A DNA stretch of 64,000 bases from a virus. The stretch's first letter is position 1. Each line of letters begins with the position of its first letter. The DNA is taken from positions 1 to 64,000 of IMG/VR virus record IMGVR_UViG_3300027730_000009, one strand, 5' to 3'. Of this stretch, positions 37,465 through 50,200 are shown piece after piece. A program made the translations under genes and the position numbers. Under the pieces are notes generated by a model. That model ran no database searches. It was not told where the DNA came from and saw only the letters and a list, made by a program, of their open reading frames with translations.

Positions 37465-38460
37465 TTAATCAACTCGGACAATATAATATGTTGTCCCCTC
37501 AACATTTTCTTCACCTATTTTACCATCATATGGAGAAATTGCCGTGTATCCATCATTTCGAATAATTTTACCAATTACATCACCTTGGTCAATAAAGTCA
37601 GATATGGCCAAATCATAATCTTCTATAAAGTCCAAAGGCGCTTCACGAACTTCTTCAACTTTTTTTTCAATTTCCTCCTCAATTTTTTCTTCGAGATAAT
37701 CTCCCTGTGGGTCTGATTCAATTTCCTCTATTAATTCCAACATTTTTTCCATCTCAGATTCTAAAGTCTCAATCAAATCTTGAAATTCTTCTTTCCTTTT
37801 TCCAGTTTCTTTTTCCGCAATTTTTTTGAAAGTTTCAAGTCTCTCAGCCAAAATTTTAGATTTTTTCTGATAAACTTGATATTCTTTTTTTTGTTCATTG
37901 GACAAATCCTTAGCGTCATCATCCAAATAATTCTCAGGGGCCGAAGTAATCCAATCATTATAAAGGTCATATGCATAATCAACAACATCTCTCTCTGAAA
38001 TACTACTCTCCAAAATCCAATCGGGTAATGAGTCGTAACCCTCTGAATCAAGAAAGTTCTCTAAGTTTTTTTTGGTAGCCTCATCGATATCATAATCATC
38101 ACCCACAGCATAGGTCTGACCTAACTTTTCAATCAGATAAGATTTCATATAATATTCATAATCACCCTCAGGTTGTATATCATAAACATCAATATACTCA
38201 TCATACTGAGACAACTCTTCATCAATCTGCTCAATTTGGGCAATGAGTTCAGGTGACGAAGTCTCTTCATATTGATTTTCCAACTCATCTTTACGATTCC
38301 TTAGTCTGTTCAAATTCTCTTGGATATCATCATCAATTTCATTTATCTCTCCCTCACTTACCAAATACTGATAAAGAGCATTGACCTGTCTTCCCTCTTC
38401 ATCCAAACCAGGACCCAATTCCCATTTACCTGTTTTTCTTCTTTCCTCGGCTGCTGACAT
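37465..38460 (-). CDS. very acidic coiled-coil protein
   Basis: 331 aa, D/E rich; TATTTAT upstream. Confidence 0.75.
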   Translation of the reverse strand: MSAAEERRKTGKWELGPGLDEEGRQVNALYQYLVSEGEINEIDDDIQENLNRLRNRKDELENQYEETSSPELIAQIEQIDEELSQYDEYIDVYDIQPEGDYEYYMKSYLIEKLGQTYAVGDDYDIDEATKKNLENFLDSEGYDSLPDWILESSISERDVVDYAYDLYNDWITSAPENYLDDDAKDLSNEQKKEYQVYQKKSKILAERLETFKKIAEKETGKRKEEFQDLIETLESEMEKMLELIEEIESDPQGDYLEEKIEEEIEKKVEEVREAPLDFIEDYDLAISDFIDQGDVIGKIIRNDGYTAISPYDGKIGEENVEGTTYYIVRVD

Positions 38461-38527
38461 AATTTTAATCTTTATATTTGATAAATACTATAATAAAACC
38501 ATATTTATAATATGTAGATGTTTGAAA

Positions 38528-39118
38528 ATGACCACCGGAATTTATAAAATAACTAATATCACAAATAATAAAGTCTACATAGGAAGTAGCATTAATATTT
38601 CCAGTAGGGAATATAAACATTTTTGGATGTTAGATAGAGGGATACACGACAATCCTCACTTACAAAATTCTTTCAACAAATATGGTTTAAATAGTTTTAT
38701 TTTCGAGATTTTGGAAATTTGTGAGGAATCATCACTAATTGAAAAAGAAAATTATTATATTTCAACCCATCGTTCTAATATTTTTGAATCAGGGTACAAT
38801 TTAGCAACCGTAAATGAATCAAGAAGAAATAACTCCAACACTGAAGTAAAAATAAAATTATCTAAATATAACTTGATAAAAAATGGAAATTTTACTATGT
38901 TTTCTTTAAGAAATATTATAACAGATAAAGAACACATATTCGAAAGTTTAGTTGATGCCGCAAATTATTTGATTGAGAATGGTTTTTCGAAAGGGAAACC
39001 AACAAATGTAAGAATAAAAATTTCACAATGTTTACGAGGTTTAAAAGTTAATAATGGTCACAAAAATCACTCAATCAGAAAAACTTGTTATAAACACAAT
39101 TTCAGAATAATAAAATAA
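38528..39118 (+). mobile_element. free-standing GIY-YIG homing endonuclease (start revised)
   Basis: MTTGIYKITN..KVYIGSS..R...H..LQNSFNKYG..E..GYN. Confidence 0.88.
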
Positions 39119-39133
39119 AAAAAAACAAAAATT

Positions 39134-39274
39134 ATGGGCGGATGTGGATGCAAAAACAAAAATCAAAACCCTCAACAAGCTGCAACTCAAGCCGCTGCAC
39201 AGAGAGTTACCCAACAAGAGAGCGTCAAGGATGCCATCAAAAAGACAGTAGAAAAATATTATAACAAAAAGTAA
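39134..39274 (+). CDS. small protein MGGCGCK (46 aa)
   Basis: Hand-translated; A-rich initiation region; hairpin terminator at about 39295-39328. Confidence 0.6.
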   Translation: MGGCGCKNKNQNPQQAATQAAAQRVTQQESVKDAIKKTVEKYYNKK

Positions 39275-39342
39275 TACGACCTTAGGTTCTCTTTAAAAAA
39301 GGGGGGATAGAAAAATCCATCCCCTTTTGTATTTATAATGGT

Positions 39343-40365
39343 ATGAGTAAGTATGATTTTTTACTTAGAAAATTCAACAATGGTCAATTGGGAAATATTT
39401 TAGGCGCCTTGGATGGTAAGATAGAACCTATTATTGGATTATTAGATAAAAAAGGATTACTTGACCAAATAAATTTGACTTCTAATGATAACGAAGAATA
39501 TCATAACCATGGCTATTATTATATCGCCAAAAACCATCCAGAAAAGTTTTTATCGATGATGGTAGAATTCTTCGATGAAATTTCTGTTGAGGGCGATGGT
39601 AGAACATTTTTAACTATTGCTGACCGAAGTGACCTATCCGAGTTATTTTGTGATAGTATTAGAAATGGTTTGAGTCAAAGCACCGTTGCAAACATTTTGG
39701 ATGGTGAAAATGATTGGAGAAGTTTTGATGTATCATCTGAAAACCTTTATCGGGATGTTATCGAAGATTTAACTCCCAAAAATGAAACTATTTTATATCA
39801 AAGAGTGTTAAAAGATTTTCTGAATGAAAGTGAGAAGATTTATCCTGAAACAGAGCTACTTCAATCAATTGCCGAAGAACAAGGTCATAATGATTTCGTT
39901 GAACTAACCCAAGAGAATATCCCTAAGATTTTCTCAGATGAAGATAGTGCTCTCTCAGTATTGGGTATTTTGGAAGATTTGAGGTCAGATTTACATTCTT
40001 TATACGACAGCGCATACAACGACGCGTATGAACCTGAACTATATGAAAACATTTTCAATTCATTAAGTGATTTTTTTGTTGGCAGAGGTGATTGGGTTTC
40101 AAAACAATCCCCTAAAGACCCAACCAAAACTCAATATGATTTTAGAATTGAAGTCAATGACTTTGTTGGTTTAATGAAAAGGTATTTCGATGAACTCAGA
40201 GGTGAAGGTACCCATACTATTGAAAATTATGGTTATTTTATGAGTGTTCTACAAAATGGTATTGATATGGGTGTATTTGAATGCGTTAGGGTATTCGCAC
40301 CTGACTATGCCGACTGGACCAAAATGAAAGAAAGTTTTAACGAGTTATTTTCAGACTATATCTAA
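39343..40365 (+). CDS. acidic hypothetical protein
   Basis: 340 aa; TATTTATA at 39330-39337. Confidence 0.75.
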   Translation: MSKYDFLLRKFNNGQLGNILGALDGKIEPIIGLLDKKGLLDQINLTSNDNEEYHNHGYYYIAKNHPEKFLSMMVEFFDEISVEGDGRTFLTIADRSDLSELFCDSIRNGLSQSTVANILDGENDWRSFDVSSENLYRDVIEDLTPKNETILYQRVLKDFLNESEKIYPETELLQSIAEEQGHNDFVELTQENIPKIFSDEDSALSVLGILEDLRSDLHSLYDSAYNDAYEPELYENIFNSLSDFFVGRGDWVSKQSPKDPTKTQYDFRIEVNDFVGLMKRYFDELRGEGTHTIENYGYFMSVLQNGIDMGVFECVRVFAPDYADWTKMKESFNELFSDYI

Positions 40366-43300
40366 ATCAGCAAACCTTTTTCTTTCGCCCTATTAAATAA
40401 TTTTTCAGCTCTTTCTTCGAGTTGATTGATTATAGTATCCTGTTCTTTAAGAGCCTCAACACAAATAGCAATTACTTCACGATATCTTACCATGTAAGTA
40501 TTTTGCTCAGAACCAACTACTAATTCAGGGTAAAACTGAAGTATTTCTTGTGCAATGAATCCTATTTCTGGCTCTTCTTTCTTTCCCCAAGCATAATCTT
40601 CTAACCAATTGAATTCAACACCTCTAATTTTCTGTATTGTCTCCAATGCGGATTCAATTTGATGAATGTTTGTCTTTAATCTAAAATCTGAAGGTCCAGT
40701 AGGACCGGGAGCTCCTTGAGCACCCTGTGGTCCAGTTGGACCTTGAGCACCTGTACCAACTTTTTGTCCCTGAGCACCTTGAGGACCTGCAAGAGCTCCA
40801 CCTATGTCACCTTGTGCTCCTTGAGGACCTCCACCTCCTTGAGCACCTTGAGCACCTTGTGGTCCTATTGCCCCTTGTGAACCTTGGGAACCTTGGGGAC
40901 CAACACCTCCTTGAACACCTTGTCCACCGGCAGCACCTTGGAATCCTTGAGCTCCAGCCGCTCCTTGGAAACCTTGACCTCCTTGGGCTCCTTGAGCTCC
41001 TTGAGCTCCAGTCGCTCCTTGGGAACCTTGAAAACCTACAGGTCCTTGAGCTCCTTGAGGTCCTTTAGAACCTTGTGCTCCTTGAGGCCCTTGTGCCCCT
41101 TGTCCTCCTTGAGCTCCTTGAGGTCCTACAGCTCCTTGAGCACCTTGACTTCCTTGAAATCCTTGTCCTCCAGTTGCTCCTTGGAAACCTTGAGCACCTT
41201 GACCTCCTGTCGCCCCTTGGAAACCTTGTCCGCCTTGAGCTCCTTGAGGTCCTACAGCCCCTTGAGCACCTTGAGCACCTTGAAATCCTTGACCTCCTTG
41301 AGCTCCTTGAGGTCCTTTCGCACCTTGAGCACCTTGAGCTCCTTGGAAACCAGTAGTTCCTTGGGCACCTTGTGGGCCAACAGCACCTATATGTCCCGTA
41401 GCTCCCTGAAAACCTTGTCCTCCTTGAGCTCCTTGAGCACCTTCAGGACCGGTTGCTCCTGTAGCTCCTTGGAACCCTTGAGCTCCGACGGCACCTTGTG
41501 AACCCTGTGGCCCTATATGACCTTGAGCACCTTGGAATCCTTGACCTCCTACCGCTCCCTGAGAACCTTGTGGTCCTTGAGCTCCTTGAGCACCTTGGAA
41601 TCCCTGACCCCCTTGAGCACCCTGAGACCCTTGAGCACCTATGGCTCCTTGAGCTCCTTGGAATCCTGTTCCACCTTGAGCCCCTTGCGGACCTAAGGCC
41701 CCTTGAGCACCTACCGCTCCTTGATTCCCTTGTCCTCCTTGTGCACCTTGGGACCCTACTGGACCTTGAGCACCTTGAGCTCCTTGAAATCCTTGACCTC
41801 CCTGCGCTCCTTGGGGACCTTGAGCACCTTGACCTCCTGTCGCCCCTTGAAATCCTTGTCCTCCTTGAGACCCTTGTGGACCTTTTGGTCCTTGGGCACC
41901 TTGAGCTCCTTGAAATCCTTGTATCCCTTGAGCTCCTTGTGAACCAATAGCACCTTGAGCTCCTTGTGCTCCTTGAAATCCTTGACCTCCTTGAGCTCCT
42001 TGTGGTCCAGTTCCACCCTGAGCTCCGACAGCACCTTGAAACCCCTGTCCTCCTTGTGCCCCTTGAGCTCCCTGAGGTCCTTGCGCCCCTTGAGCTCCTT
42101 GGAACCCTTGAGCTCCGACGGCACCTTGTGAACCCTGTGGCCCTATATGACCTTGAGCACCTTGGAATCCTTGACCTCCTACCGCTCCCTGAGAACCTTG
42201 TGGTCCTTGAGCTCCTTGAGCACCTTGGAATCCCTGACCCCCTTGAGCACCCTGAGACCCTTGAGCACCTATGGCTCCTTGAGCTCCTTGGAATCCTGTT
42301 CCACCTTGAGCCCCTTGCGGACCTAAGGCCCCTTGAGCACCTACCGCTCCTTGATTCCCTTGTCCTCCTTGTGCACCTTGGGACCCTACTGGACCTTGAG
42401 CACCTTGAGCTCCTTGAAATCCTTGACCTCCCTGCGCTCCTTGGGGACCTTGAGCACCTTGACCTCCTGTCGCCCCTTGAAATCCTTGTCCTCCTTGAGA
42501 CCCTTGTGGACCTTTTGGTCCTTGGGCACCTTGAGCTCCTTGAAATCCTTGTATCCCTTGAGCTCCTTGTGAACCAATAGCACCTTGAGCTCCTTGTGCT
42601 CCTTGAAATCCTTGACCTCCTTGAGCTCCTTGAGAACCTATTGCACCCTGAGCTCCGATAGCTCCTTGAAGACCGATACCTCCTTGAGCTCCTTGTGCGC
42701 CTATTGCACCTTGTGCTCCTTGAGCCCCTTGAAATCCTTGCCCTCCTTGAGCTCCTTGAGCACCTATCGCTCCTTGTGCACCGATTGCTCCTTGTACTCC
42801 CTGAGGTCCAATTGCTCCTTGTACTCCTTGAGCACCTTGACCACCTACATGACCTTGAACACCCTGACCCCCTTGAGCTCCTTGTGAACCTATTGGGCCT
42901 ATCGCTCCTTGAGCTCCTTGGAACCCTTGTCCACCTTGAGAACCTTGAGAACCTCGGGGACCTTGAGAACCTTCTAATCCCTGAGCTCCTTGTCCTCCTT
43001 GAGCCCCTTGAGCACCTTGAGAACCTATAGCACCTTGAGAACCTTGAGCACCTTGAGCCCCTATCAAACCCTGTGGACCTGGAACTCCTTGGGAACCAGT
43101 TGCACCTTGTGACCCTTGAGCTCCTTGAGGTCCTGTATTTTTATTACCTAACCAACCCTGAGGACCTATAATGTTACCAAAATTATTTTGGATAATATTG
43201 GTTCGAGTGTTACCTGAAATTCTTAATGTAGGTGCCGCGTCTATTATTTTAACAATAGAACCTGAATTAGGTGTCGAATATACTAACCCTGAACTATTGG

Positions 43301-43385
43301 ATAGATAAACCCAATTGGTAACAGTAGACGCGGAATCAAGGAACTCAAATTTTCCATCCAAAGGATAAATTACTATGTCAGCCAC
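40362..43385 (-). CDS. collagen-like fibre protein 1 with C-terminal S74 intramolecular chaperone
   Basis: ~815 aa Gly-X-Y (GAQ/GPQ/GFQ); S-DFRLKTNI...GFIAQE; terminal coiled coil. Confidence 0.9.
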   Translation of the reverse strand: MADIVIYPLDGKFEFLDSASTVTNWVYLSNSSGLVYSTPNSGSIVKIIDAAPTLRISGNTRTNIIQNNFGNIIGPQGWLGNKNTGPQGAQGSQGATGSQGVPGPQGLIGAQGAQGSQGAIGSQGAQGAQGGQGAQGLEGSQGPRGSQGSQGGQGFQGAQGAIGPIGSQGAQGGQGVQGHVGGQGAQGVQGAIGPQGVQGAIGAQGAIGAQGAQGGQGFQGAQGAQGAIGAQGAQGGIGLQGAIGAQGAIGSQGAQGGQGFQGAQGAQGAIGSQGAQGIQGFQGAQGAQGPKGPQGSQGGQGFQGATGGQGAQGPQGAQGGQGFQGAQGAQGPVGSQGAQGGQGNQGAVGAQGALGPQGAQGGTGFQGAQGAIGAQGSQGAQGGQGFQGAQGAQGPQGSQGAVGGQGFQGAQGHIGPQGSQGAVGAQGFQGAQGAQGPQGAQGAQGGQGFQGAVGAQGGTGPQGAQGGQGFQGAQGAQGAIGSQGAQGIQGFQGAQGAQGPKGPQGSQGGQGFQGATGGQGAQGPQGAQGGQGFQGAQGAQGPVGSQGAQGGQGNQGAVGAQGALGPQGAQGGTGFQGAQGAIGAQGSQGAQGGQGFQGAQGAQGPQGSQGAVGGQGFQGAQGHIGPQGSQGAVGAQGFQGATGATGPEGAQGAQGGQGFQGATGHIGAVGPQGAQGTTGFQGAQGAQGAKGPQGAQGGQGFQGAQGAQGAVGPQGAQGGQGFQGATGGQGAQGFQGATGGQGFQGSQGAQGAVGPQGAQGGQGAQGPQGAQGSKGPQGAQGPVGFQGSQGATGAQGAQGAQGGQGFQGAAGAQGFQGAAGGQGVQGGVGPQGSQGSQGAIGPQGAQGAQGGGGPQGAQGDIGGALAGPQGAQGQKVGTGAQGPTGPQGAQGAPGPTGPSDFRLKTNIHQIESALETIQKIRGVEFNWLEDYAWGKKEEPEIGFIAQEILQFYPELVVGSEQNTYMVRYREVIAICVEALKEQDTIINQLEERAEKLFNRAKEKGLLI
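41463..42632. repeat. ~540-bp near-exact direct repeat, period 630 bp
   Basis: 41463-42002 matches 42093-42632; shadow ORFs 41703..41942 and 42333..42572 translate identically. Confidence 0.85.
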
Positions 43386-46300
43386 CGATTAATGATTTGA
43401 GTTGATTAAGTTTAGTTTGTATTGATTTCACTCTTGTATTATTTTCTTTTAAAGTTGCAATACCTACGGAAACAAGTAAATCGTATTGTAGATTTTTAAA
43501 ACCATAAATATCAGTGCTCACGACTTCAGGAAAAAGTTTTTCTATTTCTTGAGCAATAAATCCTATACTTTTTCCTTTTAATAGATATTTCTGGTTTGGT
43601 TTATACCCCTCCAATTGAGGAATATTGTCTCTCCATTCGAATCTGACACCCTTCATACCAATTACACGACTTTTTATATTTTCTAATGATTTTACATTAG
43701 TTTTTAGTCGTTTATCTGATGGGGGACCTTGCGCTCCTTGGGCCCCTTGTGGTCCTTTTGGCCCTTGAGCACCTGTACCCCCTCCTATCCCTTGTGCACC
43801 TTGAGGTCCATCTGGTGGTTCCCCACCACCACCAGCTATTCCTTGAGCCCCTTGAGAACCTTGAAAGAATCCATTTGCACCTGTGGCTCCTTGAAAACCT
43901 TGGACATTGCCAGCCCCTTGAGCTCCTTGAGGTCCAGTTGGCCCTGTTGCACCGGGGGTGATATTGGGTTGACCGGGATGTCCAGTCACCCCAAATGAAC
44001 CTTGGGCACCCTGAGGACCACCCTGAGCTCCTACAGCAGATATGGCACCCTGAGCACCAGTAGCCCCTTTAGCACCAATAGCTTCAATTGGGTCAGCTGC
44101 AGCCCCGGGATTACCAGTATCACCAACAGCTCCACCAAATCCCGGAGCACCTGTAGTTACACTTGCAGCCCCATTATTACCTGTCGTTCCTTGAGCACCA
44201 GTAAATCCCGGTGCACCCTGTGTCACCCCTGCAGCTCCGTTGTGACCTGTTGCACCTCCATTACCATTAGCTCCGGTATGTCCTTGGACGGCACCTTGAG
44301 CACCTTGAAATCCTGTGGCACCCTGAGCACCTCCAAATCCCGGTGCACCTTGGGTGGCACCTTGAGCTCCTTGAAACCCTGTAGCTCCTTGTGCACCAGT
44401 AAATCCTAAATCACCCGTCACAGAACTTTGAGCTCCTTGGGCTCCTTGACTTCCTTGACTTCCTTGGGCTCCTACATGCCCTGTTGGTCCTCCTTGAGCC
44501 CCTATTTGTCCTTGGGCTCCTTGTGGACCTGTTGCGCCAGTGTGTCCTTGAACTATCGATGCTGGTCCTTGAGCTCCTTGAGGACCTTTAGTACCTTGAG
44601 CTCCGACGGCTCCTGATACTTCACTTGCGGTCCCACCGTGTCCTGTAGGTCCTTGTGCACCTATACCTCCTGTATGTCCTTGAACAGCTCCTTGGGCACC
44701 TATATGTCCTTGGTCACCTTGAGCACCTTGTGCTCCTTTGGCACCCACAGCTGAAATCGCGTCACCGGCAGCTCCAGTGTGACCTGTAGCCCCTTGGGAA
44801 CCTTGTGCTCCGGTAGCCCCTTGAACCGCATTTTGTGCACCTTGAGCTCCTTGAGAGCCTTGTGAGCCAGTAAATCCCGGCGCTCCTTGTGTTGCCCCTG
44901 CAGCACCGATGTTACCTGTGGCTCCTTGGGAACCTGCAGCTCCCGTATGTCCCTGAACCGCACCTTGTGCTCCCTGAAACCCTTGTGCTCCTTGTGCACC
45001 AAAAATACCATCATGACCAGGGTTGACCCCTTGAGCGCCTTGTTGACCCACGGCACCTTGTGCCCCTATAATACCTCCATGTCCTGTCACTGCACTTTGA
45101 GCTCCTGTTGCACCTTGAGCTCCCTGAGCTCCTTGACCACCGACAGCACCTTGGACAGCTCCTTGAGCTCCAATGTGTCCCTGAGCTCCTTGAGCTCCAA
45201 TAACACCAACATGTCCCTGAACCGCCGATTGAGGTCCTTGAGCTCCTTGAGGACCTTTGGTACCTTGAGCACCCTGAGCACCTGAGACTTCACTTGCGGT
45301 CCCACCGTGTCCTGTAGGTCCTTGTGCACCTATACCACCTGTATGTCCTTGAACAGCTCCTTGAGCACCTATATGGCCTTGGTTACCTTGAGCACCTTGA
45401 GCTCCTTTCGCCCCATCAGTACCTAATCCTGCAGCAGCTCCTGTATTTCCCGTTCCTCCTTGAGCACCTTGTGCTCCGATGTTACCGGTTGGTAATCCTT
45501 GTGCTCCCACGGCTCCTTGAGCACCTTGAAAACCCATTACTCCAGAAGCACCTTGAGTACCACCATCAGCACCGATATTACCTGTAGCTCCTTGGGAACC
45601 TGCAGCTCCCGTATGTCCCTGAACCGCACCTTGTGCTCCCTGAAACCCTTGTGCTCCTTGTGCACCAAAAATACCATCATGACCAGGGTTGACCCCTTGA
45701 GCGCCTTGTTGACCCACGGCACCTTGTGCCCCTATAATACCTCCATGTCCTGTCACTGCACTTTGAGCTCCTGTTGCACCTTGAGCTCCCTGAGCTCCTT
45801 GACCACCGACAGCACCTTGGACAGCTCCTTGAGCTCCAATGTGTCCCTGAGCTCCTTGAGCTCCAATAACACCAACATGTCCCTGAACCGCCGATTGAGG
45901 TCCTTGAGCTCCTTGAGGACCTTTGGTACCTTGAGCACCCTGAGCACCTGAGACTTCACTTGCGGTCCCACCGTGTCCTGTAGGTCCTTGTGCACCGATA
46001 CCACCTGTATGTCCTTGAACAGCTCCTTGAGCACCTATATGGCCTTGGTCACCTTGAGCACCTTGTGCTCCCTTAGCTCCAATATCTAAAAATTCCGATG
46101 CCGCAGCTCCTGTATTTCCAGTTCCTCCTTGAGCACCTTGTGCTCCGATGTTACCGGTTGGTAATCCTTGGGCTCCCACGGCTCCTTGAGCCCCTTGAAA
46201 ACCCATTACCCCAGACGCACCTTGAGTGCCACCATCAGCACCGATGTTACCTGTGGCTCCTTGGGAACCTTCAGCTCCCGTATGTCCCTGAACCGCACCT

Positions 46301-47244
46301 TGTGCTCCCTGAAACCCTTGCGCTCCTTGAGCACCAAAAATACCATCATGACCAGGGTTGACCCCTTGAGCGCCTTGTTGACCTACGGCACCTTGTGCAC
46401 CTTCAAACCCTATATGTCCTTGTACAGCCCCTTGTGAACCGATAGCACCCTGTGCTCCTTGAGCACCGATTGCCCCTTGTGCTCCCTGAACAGCCCCTTG
46501 TGCTCCAACCTCACCTTGTGCCCCTTGGGCACCAATTGAACCTGTTTCACCTGCAACACCACCTTGGGCACCAATACCACCTTGAGCTCCTTGAAAACCT
46601 TGAGCACCTTGTGCACCTATTGTTTCATTTGCCAATCCAACAACTCCCTCACCACCTTGAGCCCCTTGAGCTCCTTGAGCCCCTACGGTAGCCCCTTGAG
46701 CTCCTTGAGCACCTTGTGGTCCTTTAACACCTTGAGCACCTTGTGCTCCTTGTATACCTCCTTGGGCACCTTGAGCTCCGGCACCCCCTTGGGCACCTTG
46801 TGCTCCTTGTGCACCTGACACACCACCTTTAGCACCTTGAGCTCCTGTGTCCCCTTGAATCCCTTTAGCACCTTGAGCTCCTTGAGAACCTTGAGCACCC
46901 TGAGGACCTATAGGTCCAACTGCGCCCTGGGCTCCTTGGCCACCGATAGCACCTTGGAATCCTTGAATATTTAGTGGTGGTCCGACCCATTCACCGATGG
47001 TGTTTATCATCAGGGTTTCACCAGCCCAAACCCCTGATGTAGCATTGGTAATTGCAAGTCCTTTAGAGACTAATCCTGTTGTCGAAATTTCAACAGTGTC
47101 AAATTGGGTTACCGAGGAGAAATTAATTCTGTCCGCCTCCAACATAACCACAACCATACCTGATGATACAGAATCATCAAAAACAAAAAGTGGGTCAAGA
47201 GTTAAGGGAGAACCTTGAGGAAAAATAGTTACATTCAATGCCAT
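43378..47244 (-). CDS. collagen-like fibre protein 2 (regularly interrupted) with S74 chaperone
   Basis: ~1080 aa; six triplets plus one 4-residue unit per period; SDKRLKTNV...GFIAQE. Confidence 0.9.
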   Translation of the reverse strand: MALNVTIFPQGSPLTLDPLFVFDDSVSSGMVVVMLEADRINFSSVTQFDTVEISTTGLVSKGLAITNATSGVWAGETLMINTIGEWVGPPLNIQGFQGAIGGQGAQGAVGPIGPQGAQGSQGAQGAKGIQGDTGAQGAKGGVSGAQGAQGAQGGAGAQGAQGGIQGAQGAQGVKGPQGAQGAQGATVGAQGAQGAQGGEGVVGLANETIGAQGAQGFQGAQGGIGAQGGVAGETGSIGAQGAQGEVGAQGAVQGAQGAIGAQGAQGAIGSQGAVQGHIGFEGAQGAVGQQGAQGVNPGHDGIFGAQGAQGFQGAQGAVQGHTGAEGSQGATGNIGADGGTQGASGVMGFQGAQGAVGAQGLPTGNIGAQGAQGGTGNTGAAASEFLDIGAKGAQGAQGDQGHIGAQGAVQGHTGGIGAQGPTGHGGTASEVSGAQGAQGTKGPQGAQGPQSAVQGHVGVIGAQGAQGHIGAQGAVQGAVGGQGAQGAQGATGAQSAVTGHGGIIGAQGAVGQQGAQGVNPGHDGIFGAQGAQGFQGAQGAVQGHTGAAGSQGATGNIGADGGTQGASGVMGFQGAQGAVGAQGLPTGNIGAQGAQGGTGNTGAAAGLGTDGAKGAQGAQGNQGHIGAQGAVQGHTGGIGAQGPTGHGGTASEVSGAQGAQGTKGPQGAQGPQSAVQGHVGVIGAQGAQGHIGAQGAVQGAVGGQGAQGAQGATGAQSAVTGHGGIIGAQGAVGQQGAQGVNPGHDGIFGAQGAQGFQGAQGAVQGHTGAAGSQGATGNIGAAGATQGAPGFTGSQGSQGAQGAQNAVQGATGAQGSQGATGHTGAAGDAISAVGAKGAQGAQGDQGHIGAQGAVQGHTGGIGAQGPTGHGGTASEVSGAVGAQGTKGPQGAQGPASIVQGHTGATGPQGAQGQIGAQGGPTGHVGAQGSQGSQGAQGAQSSVTGDLGFTGAQGATGFQGAQGATQGAPGFGGAQGATGFQGAQGAVQGHTGANGNGGATGHNGAAGVTQGAPGFTGAQGTTGNNGAASVTTGAPGFGGAVGDTGNPGAAADPIEAIGAKGATGAQGAISAVGAQGGPQGAQGSFGVTGHPGQPNITPGATGPTGPQGAQGAGNVQGFQGATGANGFFQGSQGAQGIAGGGGEPPDGPQGAQGIGGGTGAQGPKGPQGAQGAQGPPSDKRLKTNVKSLENIKSRVIGMKGVRFEWRDNIPQLEGYKPNQKYLLKGKSIGFIAQEIEKLFPEVVSTDIYGFKNLQYDLLVSVGIATLKENNTRVKSIQTKLNQLKSLIGG
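44560..46400. repeat. tandem repeat, period 666-669 bp, about 2.7 copies (boundaries approximate)
   Basis: Shadow ORFs at 45087/45753 and 45499/46168 are offset by 666 and 669. Confidence 0.75.
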
Positions 47245-47245
47245 A

Positions 47246-50200
47246 TCAATTTATTTCATTTTCAAGGTCTTCAATTAATTTTTGTAGTTCTTCAATAAAT
47301 ACTTGTTGTTCTTTAATACCTTCAACAAGTAGGGCATTTAACTTCGGATAATCGATAGAATAATAACCGTTGTCTTTTAAGTCAACCACTTGTGGTATTA
47401 CGGCTCTAACTTCTTGAGCAATAAATCCAATAGAGTGTATTTGTCCTAATTCTTTATAGGTATCATAATGTGGTGCCGATTCCAACCAATCAAATTCAAC
47501 GGGATTCAATTTCAAAATTTTATCTAAAGCGTCTTCAATTGTAGTAACATTTGTTTTGAGTCTCGCGTCGGACTTTTCACATGCTGTTTGGTTAGATAGT
47601 GCAGCGCCAGGCCCAGGGTCACATTCACCTATTGTCCAACAATTCACCCCATCACTAAAATTAGCGCCTCCAAAACAAGGAGGACAACTCGTACAGGCAC
47701 TATCTGAGAAAATGTTACAACCGTTAGCCAGCGTCGCACAGTTGGAGTAGAAGGTAACATTTTCACCAGAACATACTGCCTCACAGCTCTCTGGATTACA
47801 ATTCGCATTGTGGGGATAACAAGCTACTCCAGTAGCTCCTTGTGCTCCTTGAAACCCGGTAGCACCTGGTGCACCTGTATCACTAGCACCAGGAGCACCT
47901 TGGAATCCTATTATACCGACGTCCGGAATCCCTTGGGCTCCTTTTTGTCCTTGTGGTCCACCAGGGGTACCTTGAGCACCTGTTGCACCAGGGGTAGTGT
48001 TATTAGCACCTGGTGCGCCACCAGGTCCAGGTGGACCGCCCCCGCCAGGAGGTCCTGCAGCTCCTTGTGAACCTTGCGGACCCTTAGTACCTTGCGCGCC
48101 TGTTGGACCTGGATTACCTGGAGGTAAAGTTGAACCTGTAGCTCCTTGTGCTCCCTGTACCCCTTGAGGACCTCTCGCCCCTTGTGACCCTTGTGGCCCA
48201 ACAGCACCCTGAGCACCTTGAGGACCTGTAGCTCCTATGGTACCTTGCGCCCCTTGTGGTCCAACAGCACCCTGTATCCCTTGTGCTCCTTGAGGTCCTC
48301 TACCTCCTTGAGCTCCTTGAGGTCCTACTCCTCCTTGACTTCCTTGAGAACCTTGAGGTCCTCGGGCACCGACATCACCAGTTCCTCCTCCAGCACCTTG
48401 TGAACCTTGAGAACCCTGTGGTCCTCTAGCACCGACATCACCAGTTCCTCCTCCAGCACCTTGTGAACCCTGACCCCCTTGAGGTCCTCTATTACCTTGA
48501 GCTCCTGTACCTCCTGTTGCTCCTTGTGAACCTTGACCACCTTGAGGTCCACGAGCACCTTGCGAACCTTGAGCTCCCTTGGCTCCTTGTGCCCCTTGAG
48601 ACCCTTGTGGTCCGATATTTCCTTGAGCGCCAGTTTCTCCTGTTGCCCCTTGTACCCCTTGTGCTCCTTGACCCCCTATCAGTCCTTGAGCTCCTTGGAA
48701 TCCGACAGCACCTTGAGCTCCTTGAACTCCTTGTGGACCTCTAGCCCCTTGGACACCTATTGGACCTTGAGCACCTTGTGCTCCTTGTACTCCTTGTGGA
48801 CCTCTTGGTCCTTGGACTCCCTGAGGACCTATGGCACCTTGAACACCTTGGGAACCTTGTGGTCCTCTATTACCTTGAGCACCTGTTCCTCCTTGCGCAC
48901 CTTGCGACCCTTGGGCTCCTTGAGGTCCTCTATCTCCTTGAGCTCCTTGGCCTCCTTGAGCCCCTTGAGCACCTTGAGCACCCTGAGGTCCTAAGGCTCC
49001 GGTGTGTCCAGTGGCTCCAGCAGCACTCTGTGAACCTTGAGACCCTTGTGGTCCTCTTGCCCCGATTTCTCCAGTAGCTCCTTGAGCTCCTTGGGACCCT
49101 TGAGCACCTTGTGGTCCTACGCTACCCTGAGCTCCAGTTCCTCCAGTTGCTCCTTGTACACCTTGTGCTCCTTGAGGTCCAACGGACCCTTGGGACCCTT
49201 GAGCTCCCTTAGCCCCTTGAGCTCCTTGAGACCCTTGTGGTCCGACATTTCCTTGAGCTCCAGTCTCTCCAGTTGCTCCTTGTGCCCCTTGTGCTCCTTG
49301 ACCTCCTATCAGTCCTTGTGCTCCTTGGAATCCGACAGCACCTTGAGCCCCTTGGGCTCCTTGCGGACCTCTAGCTCCTTGAGACCCTATTGGACCTTGA
49401 GCCCCTTCCGCTCCTTGTACTCCTTGTGGACCTCTTGCCCCTTGTGAACCTTGTGGTCCGACAGCACCCTGAAGTCCTTGTGCCCCTTGAGGTCCTCTGG
49501 CACCTTGGGCTCCTTGAGCTCCTACGGCATCATTTTGTGCTCCTTGTGCCCCTTGAGGTCCTCTACCTCCTTGTGACCCTTGAGGTCCAACAGCACCTTG
49601 AACTCCTTGGGCACCCTGAGGTCCTAAAGCTCCGGTATCTCCTGTTGCTCCAGGAGCACTCTGAGAACCTTGAGACCCTTGTGGTCCTCTTGCCCCGATT
49701 TCTCCAGTAGCTCCTTGAGCTCCTTGGGACCCTTGAGCACCTTGAGGTCCTACGCTACCCTGAGCTCCAGTTCCTCCAGTTGCTCCTTGTACACCTTGTG
49801 CTCCTTGAGGTCCAACGGACCCTTGGGACCCTTGAGCTCCCTTAGCCCCTTGTGCCCCTTGAGACCCTTGTGGTCCGACATTTCCTTGAGCACCTGTTTC
49901 TCCAGTTGCTCCTTGTACCCCTTGTGCTCCTTGACCTCCTATCAGTCCTTGTGCTCCTTGGAATCCGACAGCACCTTGAGCCCCTTGGGCTCCTTGCGGA
50001 CCTCTAGCTCCTTGAGACCCTATTGGACCTTGAGCCCCTTCCGCTCCTTGTACTCCTTGTGGACCTCTTGCCCCTTGTGAACCTTGTGGTCCGACGGCAC
50101 CCTGAACACCTTGTGCCCCTTGAGGTCCTCGGGCTCCTTGGGCACCTTGAGCACCTACGGCATCATTTTGTGCTCCTTGTGCCCCTTGAGGTCCTCTATT

